Source: Candidatus Woesearchaeota archaeon
Lineage (GTDB): Archaea > Nanobdellota > Nanobdellia > SCGC-AAA011-G17 > PNOQ01
Assembly (NCBI GenBank): GCA_964344555.1
Contig: CAYFNK010000002.1
Span: forward strand, 1,498 to 65,497
Direction of reading: 5' to 3'
Length of the DNA: 64,000 nt
Part shown: positions 1-8,649 of the stretch, piece by piece
Numbering within the stretch: the first letter of the stretch is position 1
Layout: the number at the start of each line of letters is the position of its first letter
Program-made: the position numbers and the translations under genes
The notes under the pieces: model-generated
Seen by the model: only the letters and a program-made list of their open reading frames with translations
Databases searched by the model: none
Told to the model about the DNA's origin: nothing

Positions 1-1362
1 GTTACTGAAACTGGAAGAGAAGTTATTGTCTCTCCAAACCATACGTTAATTGTATTAGATGAGAATAAACTAGAGCCTAAAGAAGTAGAGTCAATATATT
101 ATTTGAGAGGAGATGAAAAACTACCTGCAATAAATAGTTTACCAATAATAGATCTTAAGCAGGATAAAATAGATATACTTGATTATATTGATCCTGAAGG
201 TGTTGTTAATAATAATGGTGTTCTAAAAATTGTTAATAATTCAAATAATTGGAAGATTCAGCAAGGATTATCAAGAAAATTAAAAATAACTAAAGATTTT
301 GCTTATTTTTTAGGAGTTTATTGTGCAGAGGGATCATTATATGGAAATAATGAAATTATAATTACAAATAGTGATAATAAAGTTATGAAAAGAATAATTA
401 ATTATACTTCTTCTTTAGACTTGTATTCTGGTCAAAAAATAAATAAAAATAGTTTAAGAGTATATAACAAAATATTATTAAAATTTCTTAAATCAGTATC
501 TGGTAAACCAAACGATTCCATTTCTGTAAAGGGAAAGTTATCTAGAAAGAAAAAAGTTCCAGAATTTATTTTTGGATGGAATAAAGAATTGATTGGTGAA
601 TTCTTAAGGGGTTGTTTTGATGGAGATGGGTTTCCTGGAAAAAATGTTCTCCAATATACTTCTACTTCAAAAAGATTAATTAGTGGAATAATCAAATTAC
701 TTGAAATGCTTGGAATAAGATGGTATTTAAGAGAAGTTAGGAGTACAAATTCTTATGACTTGACTATAAGTCCAAAATCTTATGAGTTATTCTCCAAATA
801 TGTAAGTTTTGAAATTGATAGGAAAAGGAAAAGATTAGATAATCTTATTACTGATTTTAATAAGAAAAAAAATCATCCGGAATTTTTAGATAATATTAAA
901 GTATCTAAAAAACTATCTTCTAAGATTAGGGATAAATTTGAAGAATCATTAATTAAAAATAATGTAAAAAAATATTTTTGTAATTTGTGTAATTTAAATG
1001 TTAAAAAGACTAGTTATAATAGAGGAAGATTGAGATTTTATTGTAGAAATTGTTCTAAAGTTTTTTATGAAAATGATGTAATTTGTAAAAATATAAAAAA
1101 ACACATAAATTATGATGAAAAGGGGAGATTTGTTAAAAATTCAATTCCTTGGAATAAATCAAAAATAAATAAAAAATTAAGTTTTGATAAATTTAGAAAT
1201 CACTTAGATAGAAATAATATAAATTATTCTTTACATGATTCGGTGAAATGGGATTCGATTAAATCTATAGAAAAAATAAATTATGATGATTATGTTTATG
1301 ATTTTTGTGTCCCTGGAGTTGAGAACTTTGCTGCAGGAGTTGGAGGAATAATTACGCATAAC
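1..1362 (+). mobile_element. Intein (N-terminal splice junction lies left of the window) carrying a LAGLIDADG homing-endonuclease domain and a CxxC..CxxC zinc ribbon
   Basis: LAGLIDADG-type motifs FLGVYCAEGS (about 301-340) and FLRGCFDGDGF (about 601-633). Zinc ribbon CNLC..CRNC at 979-1053. Canonical C-terminal splicing blocks VYDFCVPGVENFAAGVGGIITHN are followed by a +1 Ser at 1363. Confidence 0.85.
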
Positions 1363-3240
1363 TCTGCTAGTTTTGCTGGGCAACAAGCAACGTATCTTAA
1401 TATTAAGGGACAAGATAATGTAGTTCAAGCAGTACACCAATGTTGGGCATCCCTTTATACTGCAAGAGCTATTTATTATAGAGAAACTAATAATTTTGAG
1501 CATGCAAAAGTATACATTGCAGTTGTTGTTCAGAAAATGGTTAATTCTGAGAAGTCTGGTGTTATGTTTACTATTGATCCTGTCACTAATGACGAAAACA
1601 AAGTTATAATTGAGGCTGGTTTTGGATTAGGGGATGCAATTGTTTCTGGAGCCATATCTCCGAATAGATATGTTGTTGACAAAAATAATTGGGCCATTAT
1701 GGATAAAAAGATTCCAGGGCAAGATTGGATGTTTACAAGAGATATTAATACTGGAAGAACTAAAAAACAGGCGCTAAGTGATGATAAATCTAAGAAGCAA
1801 GTACTAAGTGACGGAGAAATTGTTGCTTTGGCCAAACTTTCTAGAAAAATAGAAAAACATTATGGAAATCCTCAAGATATAGAATATGCGGTAGAGGATA
1901 ATAGGTTATATATTGTTCAAACTAGGGCAGTAACTACTCAGAAAAAAGTTGAAGAAGTTAAGGAAGAAGTTAAGGAAGAGATTGAAGGAGAAGTTGTTTT
2001 AGAAGGACTATCTGCTTCTCCAGGGGTTGGTTCTGGTCCTGTTAAGATTGTTCATGGTTTAGAAGATTTGAATAAGATTGAGAAAGGAAATATACTAGTT
2101 ACTAAAATGACTAATCCCGATATGGTTCCTGCTATGGAAAGAGCTTCTGCTATTGTAACTGATGAAGGAGGAAGTACCTGCCATGCAGCTATAGTAAGTA
2201 GAGAGCTAGGTATTCCTGCTGTAGTTGGTACCGAAAAGGCTACACAAGTTCTGAAGGAGAATACTATTGTTAGTGTAGATGGTTCTTCTGGTAAGATTTA
2301 TTCTGGAAAGGTTGAAGTTGAAGAAAAAGAAGAAATAACAATTGAAGATGTAAATGTTGATACTGTTACTAAGATTAAAGTTAATGTCGATTTACCTCAG
2401 GCTTTGGAAAAGGCAAAATCTACTAATCCCGATGGAGTAGGTTTGGTAAGATTGGAATTTATGATTGCCGAAAAGGGAGTCCACCCTGCTAGGTATATTA
2501 GAGATGGAAGACAACAAGAGTATACTGATTTCTTAGTTTCTAGATTGAGAGACATTGCTCAAAGTTTTGAAGGAAAACCAGTTTGGATTAGAACTTCAGA
2601 TATCAGGAGTGATGAATATAGGGAGTTGGAAGGTGGAGATATAGATGAAAAGGAATCTAACCCTATGATGGGATGGCATGCTATTAGAAGAGGATTGGAT
2701 GAACAAGGAATATTAAAGGCTGAATTAAAGGCTGTAAAAAAGTTAAAAGAAGAAGGTTTGAATAATATTGCAGTTATGTTGCCGCTGATTACTCATGTCG
2801 AACAAGTTACTAGAACTAAAGATATAATGAGAGATATGAGTTTAGAATGTGATTTAGGAATAATGGTTGAAACTCCTGCAGCTGTTGAAATAATTGATGA
2901 GTTAGCTAGCACAGGAATAAAATTTGCAAGTATTGGGTCAAATGATTTGACGCAATTTGTTTTAGCAGTTGACAGAAATAATGCCAAGGTTCAAAGTTTG
3001 TATAATGAATTACATCCTGCTGTTTTGAAACAAATTAAAAGAGTTGTTAAGAGATGTAAGGAATTAGGTGTCGAATCCAGTATTTGTGGCCAGGCGGGTT
3101 CTAATCCTGAAATGGCTAAACAGTTAGTAAAATTTGGAATTGATTCTATTTCTGCCAATATTGATGCAGTTGGAAAGATTAAGAAAATAGTTGCTGAAGA
3201 AGAAAAAAAGATGTTATTAGATGCAGCTAGAAGAGAATGA
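1..3240 (+). CDS. ppsA: Phosphoenolpyruvate synthase (pyruvate, water dikinase), 5'-partial at window edge and interrupted by an intein
   Basis: The frame is open from base 1, so the TTG at 103 is not a real start. After the intein end (GGIITHN, Asn codon 1360-1362) the extein resumes SASFAGQQATYLNIKGQ..CWASLYTARAIYYR. Phosphohistidine swivel motif GGSTCHAAIVSRELGIPAVVG is present, as is the C-terminal PEP-utilizer barrel (IGSNDLTQF, CGQAGS). Confidence 0.9.
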   Translation, partial: VTETGREVIVSPNHTLIVLDENKLEPKEVESIYYLRGDEKLPAINSLPIIDLKQDKIDILDYIDPEGVVNNNGVLKIVNNSNNWKIQQGLSRKLKITKDFAYFLGVYCAEGSLYGNNEIIITNSDNKVMKRIINYTSSLDLYSGQKINKNSLRVYNKILLKFLKSVSGKPNDSISVKGKLSRKKKVPEFIFGWNKELIGEFLRGCFDGDGFPGKNVLQYTSTSKRLISGIIKLLEMLGIRWYLREVRSTNSYDLTISPKSYELFSKYVSFEIDRKRKRLDNLITDFNKKKNHPEFLDNIKVSKKLSSKIRDKFEESLIKNNVKKYFCNLCNLNVKKTSYNRGRLRFYCRNCSKVFYENDVICKNIKKHINYDEKGRFVKNSIPWNKSKINKKLSFDKFRNHLDRNNINYSLHDSVKWDSIKSIEKINYDDYVYDFCVPGVENFAAGVGGIITHNSASFAGQQATYLNIKGQDNVVQAVHQCWASLYTARAIYYRETNNFEHAKVYIAVVVQKMVNSEKSGVMFTIDPVTNDENKVIIEAGFGLGDAIVSGAISPNRYVVDKNNWAIMDKKIPGQDWMFTRDINTGRTKKQALSDDKSKKQVLSDGEIVALAKLSRKIEKHYGNPQDIEYAVEDNRLYIVQTRAVTTQKKVEEVKEEVKEEIEGEVVLEGLSASPGVGSGPVKIVHGLEDLNKIEKGNILVTKMTNPDMVPAMERASAIVTDEGGSTCHAAIVSRELGIPAVVGTEKATQVLKENTIVSVDGSSGKIYSGKVEVEEKEEITIEDVNVDTVTKIKVNVDLPQALEKAKSTNPDGVGLVRLEFMIAEKGVHPARYIRDGRQQEYTDFLVSRLRDIAQSFEGKPVWIRTSDIRSDEYRELEGGDIDEKESNPMMGWHAIRRGLDEQGILKAELKAVKKLKEEGLNNIAVMLPLITHVEQVTRTKDIMRDMSLECDLGIMVETPAAVEIIDELASTGIKFASIGSNDLTQFVLAVDRNNAKVQSLYNELHPAVLKQIKRVVKRCKELGVESSICGQAGSNPEMAKQLVKFGIDSISANIDAVGKIKKIVAEEEKKMLLDAARRE

Positions 3241-3356
3241 AAAAGTGTCCTAAGTGTAAATCTAAAAATATAACTTTACATATGGCAGGAATGTCTGGAA
3301 AGTATAAATGTAAAGACTGTTTTTATGTTGGTCCGTTAATTTTAGAAGAAGAGTAA
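3237..3356 (+). CDS. Small zinc-ribbon protein (39 aa), not in the ORF track
   Basis: Its ATG overlaps the ppsA stop as ATGA (3237-3240). Product MKKCPKCKSKNITLHMAGMSGKYKCKDCFYVGPLILEEE contains CPKC..CKDC. Confidence 0.5.
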   Translation: MKKCPKCKSKNITLHMAGMSGKYKCKDCFYVGPLILEEE

Positions 3357-3408
3357 TCTTGTCATAGACTATAAAAGAATTTATAAGCTGAAACAAAATT
3401 ATACGTGA

Positions 3409-5220
3409 ATGAGTAATTTATTTCCTTTTGATAATCATAGAGAGAGTCAAGATAGATTTATGAAAGTTGTAGAAACTGCATTAGAACATAAAAAAGATGT
3501 TTTAGCAGAAGTACCTACTGGAGTTGGAAAAACTGCTGCAGTATTAACTCCGGCATTAGAATATGCAATTAAACACAATAAAAAAGTACTATTTCTAACT
3601 TCTAAACATACTCACCATAATATTGCTATAGATACTTTGAAGAAAATAAAAAATAAACATAATATCAAACTTCAAGTTGCTGATTTCATTGGAAAAGTTT
3701 GGATGTGTGCCAGACAAGAGATAGATCCAAGAAATGCAAGTAATTTTAGAGATTATTGTAAACATCTGATTGAGAATAAAGATTGTAAATATTATGAAAA
3801 CTTTCATAATAAGTCTAATTTCTTTTCCAATAAATTATTAACGGATAATTTAAAGAAAAATCTTTATCATGTTGAAGAATTAATTAACGAATGTAGAAAT
3901 GCTAATGTTTGCCCTTATGAGGCAGCAAATAAACTTGCAAAAGAAGCAAAAGTTGTTATTGCAGATTATTTTCAAATGTTAGATTCTGGAATAAGACAAG
4001 CTTTCTTAAAAAAATTAAATGTTGAAATTGAAGATTGTATAATTATATGGGATGAGGCACATAATTTACCTTCTAGGGCCAGATCTTTGTTGAGTGACAC
4101 TCTAACTGAATTAGGTTTAGAAAGATGTTTGAACGAATCTGTCAAGTTTAATTTAGGATTGGATGAATCTGTACTTGAGATAAGGAATAAATTAGGTAAG
4201 TTAATGGATAAGTATAATGGGAATGAAGTTTTGATTAGAAAAGAAGAATTTGGAGATATTCATGAAGATTTTATTGAAGACCTTAGAGAAGCTTCTGAAG
4301 AAGTTTTAGAAAAACAACCTCTTAGTTCTCTTCGTTCTTTAGCAAATTTTTTACAACTCTGGAATGTAGATGGTAGAGAGTATTCTAGAATATTAAGTAA
4401 AAAGAAAACTAGGCTTGGAAAAGATATTATTTCTCTAGAAAAAAATTGTTTAGATCCTGCAGTTATTATGAAAGATGTTGTAGAGGGAGCTCATTCTAAT
4501 ATTTTTATGAGTGGAACGTTGTACCCATTAGATATGTATGAAAATATATTTAATTTGAAATTTCCTATGAAATTAGATTTCCAAAATCCCTATCCTAAAG
4601 AAAATAGATTAGATTTGGTTCTTCCATTGATTAGTACTAAATATAGTATGAGAAGCGAAGAAATGTATGAACGAATTGCTAAGCATTGTAGAAATCTTGT
4701 TAATGAAATTAAAGGTAATAAGATATTTTTCTTTCCCAGTTATGATATGTTAGCTAGAATTAGAGTTTTTTTTGATAATGAAATTATAGTAGAAGAACAA
4801 GGAATGGATAAACAAACTAAAGAAGCGTTGTTAAATAGATTTAGAATGTCAAGCAATAATGTATTGTTTGCAGTTAGTGCAGGAAGTTTTGGAGAAGGAG
4901 TAAATTTAGAGGGCGATGCTTTGTCGGGAGTTGTAATTGTAGGTATACCTTTTGCTAAGTTTGATCTAATCTCTAAAGAGTTAACTAGATATTACGATGA
5001 AAAGTTTAACAAGGGACAAGATTATGGTTATGTATTACCTGCTTTTACTAAAGTTTTACAGAATGCGGGAAGATGTATAAGAAGTGAGAAAGATAAGGGA
5101 GTTATTGTTTATCTAGATGAAAGATACGCATGGAATAATTATACTAAATATTTTCCTAGTTCTATAAAATTAAAAAGATCAGATAATTATGAATTAATTA
5201 GAACGTTTTTTAGTGACTAA
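3409..5220 (+). CDS. xpd: XPD/Rad3-family Fe-S DNA helicase
   Basis: Walker A VPTGVGKT and a DEAH box (WDEAHNL). Four Cys spaced as in the XPD Fe-S domain (WMCARQ, DYCKHL, KDCKYY, VCPYE). C-terminal helicase motifs AGRCIRS. Confidence 0.85.
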   Translation: MSNLFPFDNHRESQDRFMKVVETALEHKKDVLAEVPTGVGKTAAVLTPALEYAIKHNKKVLFLTSKHTHHNIAIDTLKKIKNKHNIKLQVADFIGKVWMCARQEIDPRNASNFRDYCKHLIENKDCKYYENFHNKSNFFSNKLLTDNLKKNLYHVEELINECRNANVCPYEAANKLAKEAKVVIADYFQMLDSGIRQAFLKKLNVEIEDCIIIWDEAHNLPSRARSLLSDTLTELGLERCLNESVKFNLGLDESVLEIRNKLGKLMDKYNGNEVLIRKEEFGDIHEDFIEDLREASEEVLEKQPLSSLRSLANFLQLWNVDGREYSRILSKKKTRLGKDIISLEKNCLDPAVIMKDVVEGAHSNIFMSGTLYPLDMYENIFNLKFPMKLDFQNPYPKENRLDLVLPLISTKYSMRSEEMYERIAKHCRNLVNEIKGNKIFFFPSYDMLARIRVFFDNEIIVEEQGMDKQTKEALLNRFRMSSNNVLFAVSAGSFGEGVNLEGDALSGVVIVGIPFAKFDLISKELTRYYDEKFNKGQDYGYVLPAFTKVLQNAGRCIRSEKDKGVIVYLDERYAWNNYTKYFPSSIKLKRSDNYELIRTFFSD

Positions 5221-5310
5221 TCACTGCGTAGTAGTTAAATTAGTAAGTTTTATAAACCCTTCGTGAAACCTATATTTTACAGAATATACTTTAAAACCTT
5301 GGGAGAAAAA

Positions 5311-6765
5311 ATGAAAAAAATATTGAAAAAAGTTGTTGTTCCTGTTACTGCAGGACTAATTGCTCTTAATGGAGCTAAATCACAAGATTCGCTAAACGTT
5401 TATCTTAATGTTGAACAAACTGATTCTACAAGTTTAGTTTTACCTGGTTCTACTACTATAAAAGAAGGTGAAAATTTGAAAAAAGATAGTAGTTTAAATA
5501 TGGAGTCAGATAGTGCTGGTTTTTCAGTTCAAGATACAACTATTTATGATACTTTAATAAATAGTGATAATATGCCTTTTCAAAGAGTTATTTCACCTAA
5601 AGATAGTTTGATCTCTAAGGGATATAAACTTGAAGCTTTAATTAAAGATAATTATGATAATAAAATCTCATTATCTGACAAAGATAAAATAATAATAAAT
5701 AAAGCTTATGAAACGATTACGGACAGTACAGGATCAAATAAATATGATCTTAGTCCAAGTACAGTTTCTAAATTATCTGAAATTAAAGATGCTATTGATT
5801 TAGAAGATGCTGTTGAAAATTTAAAAGAACATATTGGTGATGAAAAAAGTTTCAGAGATGATTCTAGGGAGGGAACCTTGACTACTTTACCAATAGTTTC
5901 GGAGTTATATGGTAGACTTAAGAATAAAAAATCAAAAAGTGAATTAACAGAAGGAGTTTTAGATAAAAGTAAAACCTATCTTAAAGATTTACATAAATCT
6001 ACTCTTAATTTCTTAGAAGAGGAGTATAGTGATGGGGTTTATGCTCCTGGACTAAGTAAATCTGCTAAGAATAATTTAGAAGAAACTCTTAATTACGGTA
6101 GCGGAATAGTTAAAGAATGCGATAAAATTTTAGGTTTGAAAACTAAAGTTCCTGAGATAGATCTTAAAGCTAAATCTCTTTTTAAGAAAAAAAAACCGTT
6201 CTATAATAAAGACATTAATATTGCAGTCTCAAAAGATGCAGATGCTATTAGTCTAGGTTATAATTACTTTTTAACGCCTAAGGTTGGTGTTGGTATTGAA
6301 GTATTTGATCAATTTGCAAATTTGTCTGAGGATTTTTACAAAGAAATAATTAACATAGAAGATATAACTAATCTTGGTACTTCTGAAGTTTATAGATTAA
6401 ATGATTTAGGTGAAGTTGCTAGAGCAGGTGTATTAGGAAATCTTGTTCTTAAGTATGGAAGATTAAGTGTTAATGGTGGAGCAGGTGTTGAGTTTTCATA
6501 CAAAAACCACACTAAAACCAATGGCCTTAGTCAATATGATACAGAAGGTAATACTTTGATTAATGCAGTTGATCCTTCAACAGTTACTAAAGTTCTTGAT
6601 AAAGATTTTATTTTTGGTCTTGGTTTAGATGTTGATTTAACTTCAAGACTTTCTTTGGGAGCTTATTCTAGGGTTAAACTAGATTCATTCAAAGAGGGGT
6701 TACCTAAAGATGCTGGCCTTGGATTAAGAGCTAGTTTCAAACTAGGTAAAGATAAAAGAAAATGA
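5311..6765 (+). CDS. Secreted protein with a beta-strand-rich, barrel-like C-terminal domain
   Basis: The ATG at 5311 is preceded by GGGAG and is preferred to the GTG at 5263. Signal-like N-terminus MKKILKKVVVPVTAGLIALNGAKS. The C-terminal roughly 170 aa has alternating hydrophobic strands (GVGIEVF, LVLKYGRLSVNGGAGVEFSY, FGLGLDVDL, LSLGAYSRVKL, GLGLRASFKL). Confidence 0.6.
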   Translation: MKKILKKVVVPVTAGLIALNGAKSQDSLNVYLNVEQTDSTSLVLPGSTTIKEGENLKKDSSLNMESDSAGFSVQDTTIYDTLINSDNMPFQRVISPKDSLISKGYKLEALIKDNYDNKISLSDKDKIIINKAYETITDSTGSNKYDLSPSTVSKLSEIKDAIDLEDAVENLKEHIGDEKSFRDDSREGTLTTLPIVSELYGRLKNKKSKSELTEGVLDKSKTYLKDLHKSTLNFLEEEYSDGVYAPGLSKSAKNNLEETLNYGSGIVKECDKILGLKTKVPEIDLKAKSLFKKKKPFYNKDINIAVSKDADAISLGYNYFLTPKVGVGIEVFDQFANLSEDFYKEIINIEDITNLGTSEVYRLNDLGEVARAGVLGNLVLKYGRLSVNGGAGVEFSYKNHTKTNGLSQYDTEGNTLINAVDPSTVTKVLDKDFIFGLGLDVDLTSRLSLGAYSRVKLDSFKEGLPKDAGLGLRASFKLGKDKRK

Positions 6766-8279
6766 AGAAGAAATTAGGGCTTTTATTTATATTAGCACTA
6801 CTAGTGTCTAGTATCTTTGCAGGTTTTGTTAGCGCCGCTATTGGTGTAACAAGTAATTGGGAAGATGGAAGTAATTCCTTGGAGTTAGAACAAGGAGAAG
6901 ATGCTCAATTTTTAGTTTGGTTTACTTCTACAACTCAAGAAATTAATTATGAAGTTAGACTATATGATTCAAATTGGAGTTATAATGTTATTAATTCAGA
7001 TAGTTTAAACGCTTATACATTTAATGATTATTTAAGTTTGGATACTTCTAATTTAGAAGGAGATTATACTCTTAGAGTTATGGCTAATGATGGTGTTAGC
7101 GGTTACGATTATGTTGATTTGTCTTTAACTGTTAATATTGAAGAGATTATAGAAGAAAATAATGCTCCAAGTACTCCTACTGGCTCTAGCTTGTCTGGAG
7201 ATGTTTATGTGGGAGATACATTATATGCTTATGGTGCCGGTAGTACTGATGTAGATGGAGATAGTATAGAGTACCAGTATAATTTTATGAGCTCAGGTTG
7301 GTCTTCAAGCAATAGTTTAATAATTACTCAAGATTTAGCTCATGATGAAATAACTGTTGATATTAGGGCTTTTGATGGAGAAGATTATTCTCCTTATGAA
7401 AGTTTGTACACTACTGTTTTGAATAGTTTACCAATTGGTCAAGATTATAGTTATGAGATTACTCTTGGAGAAACAGTTTCTGAAACTCTTTCTTCTAGTG
7501 ATTCAGACGGAGATAATTTAGTATATTCTATAGTTGATTTACCTCAAGCTTTTCTATTTACTTTTTATTCAACTGGAGAGTTTAGTTATGTTTCTTCATT
7601 TAGTGGAGAAGATAGCTTCACTTACAATGTTTATGATGGTTATGGATATTCAAGTACTTATACTGTTAGTATAACGATTAATGAGGATATTGATGGAAAT
7701 AGTGCTCCAGTTATAGACTCTATAAATGATCAAGAAGCTGTTTGTGAGAATACTTTTAATTTACAAGTTAATGCAAATGATGTAGATAATGATAATATTA
7801 CTTACTCTGATGATTCTGGATTGTTTGATATAGGTTCTGATGGTTTAATTTCTTTTATCCCTTTATGTTCTGACGAAGGAAGTCATTTAATTACAATAAC
7901 TGTTAGTGATGGCAATTTATCTGATACTGAAGAATTTAATTTGGTAATTACAGTTGAAGAAGATGAAGATGACGATACTTCTGATGATGATGAAGATGTT
8001 TTAAAAGAAGTAATGGTATATGGCGTTTGTAGTGACGATGGTAATGGGGATAATATCGGTGTTAGAATTGTTATACTTCATATGATGAATGATAATGGAG
8101 TTATAGTTTTCTCACAAACTACGGAACAAGAATGTTATATTGAAGGTTATGGAAATGTTGATGAAGTACAAGAGTATGTTCAACCAAGTACTTCAAATGT
8201 TGGAATTATTATTCTTACTGCCTTGATATTCTTAGGCATTACTAGTCCAATTATATCTTATTTATTTAGAAAGATTTAG
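6762..8279 (+). CDS. Cell-surface protein with cadherin-like acidic repeats and a C-terminal TM anchor
   Basis: ATGA overlap with the upstream gene. Signal peptide MKKKLGLLFILALLVSSIFAGFVSA. Repeated DxDxD-type motifs (DVDGDSIEY, DSDGDNLVYS, DVDNDNITYS), an acidic run EEDEDDDTSDDDED, and a C-terminal hydrophobic anchor VGIIILTALIFLGITSPIISYLF followed by RKI. Confidence 0.7.
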   Translation: MKKKLGLLFILALLVSSIFAGFVSAAIGVTSNWEDGSNSLELEQGEDAQFLVWFTSTTQEINYEVRLYDSNWSYNVINSDSLNAYTFNDYLSLDTSNLEGDYTLRVMANDGVSGYDYVDLSLTVNIEEIIEENNAPSTPTGSSLSGDVYVGDTLYAYGAGSTDVDGDSIEYQYNFMSSGWSSSNSLIITQDLAHDEITVDIRAFDGEDYSPYESLYTTVLNSLPIGQDYSYEITLGETVSETLSSSDSDGDNLVYSIVDLPQAFLFTFYSTGEFSYVSSFSGEDSFTYNVYDGYGYSSTYTVSITINEDIDGNSAPVIDSINDQEAVCENTFNLQVNANDVDNDNITYSDDSGLFDIGSDGLISFIPLCSDEGSHLITITVSDGNLSDTEEFNLVITVEEDEDDDTSDDDEDVLKEVMVYGVCSDDGNGDNIGVRIVILHMMNDNGVIVFSQTTEQECYIEGYGNVDEVQEYVQPSTSNVGIIILTALIFLGITSPIISYLFRKI

Positions 8280-8611
8280 TATTCGTATGGATCATCTAAA
8301 TCTAATTCTCCATCTTTATTTATGTAAGTATTAGTTAATTCTCTTATTTCTATTGTCGAATCTCCATTAGATAAAGTAGATACTATGTCTACGTTGTATC
8401 CAGTACATTTGCAAAACACACTCATTTCTTCTGCAAGATCTACTTTTATTCCTTTATCTGTGCACAAATCTGGATGATTTTTGTATGCTTGTATTATGTA
8501 CTCTCTGAAGTTCCTTCTAAAATCATCAGAAAGATCAGAATAAATGTGTTCATTAACTTTTATGGCTAATTTTCCATCAGAATCTAAACGCATTATGCTC
8601 TCCAACTTCAT
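8276..8611 (-). CDS. Hypothetical protein (111 aa)
   Basis: ORF only; no motif recognised. Confidence 0.4.
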   Translation of the reverse strand: MKLESIMRLDSDGKLAIKVNEHIYSDLSDDFRRNFREYIIQAYKNHPDLCTDKGIKVDLAEEMSVFCKCTGYNVDIVSTLSNGDSTIEIRELTNTYINKDGELDLDDPYEY

Positions 8612-8649
8612 TGGATGAACTATTAGTATTGTTTAACTTAAAAATATTA

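Noticed and set aside
1951-1980. Tandem 12-nt repeat gaagaagttaag x2 (EEVKEEVKEE) in ppsA
   Set aside because: It is a short in-frame duplication within a charged interdomain linker, with no sign of a functional repeat element.
3358-3369. The 12-mer cttgtcatagac is shared with 13195-13206. Both copies lie about 40 nt upstream of start codons (xpd and the LAGLIDADG-like gene), which suggested a common operator.
   Set aside because: A single exact 12-mer pair is within chance expectation for 64 kb on two strands. There is no third copy or palindromic structure. It would be worth revisiting only with genome-wide motif statistics.
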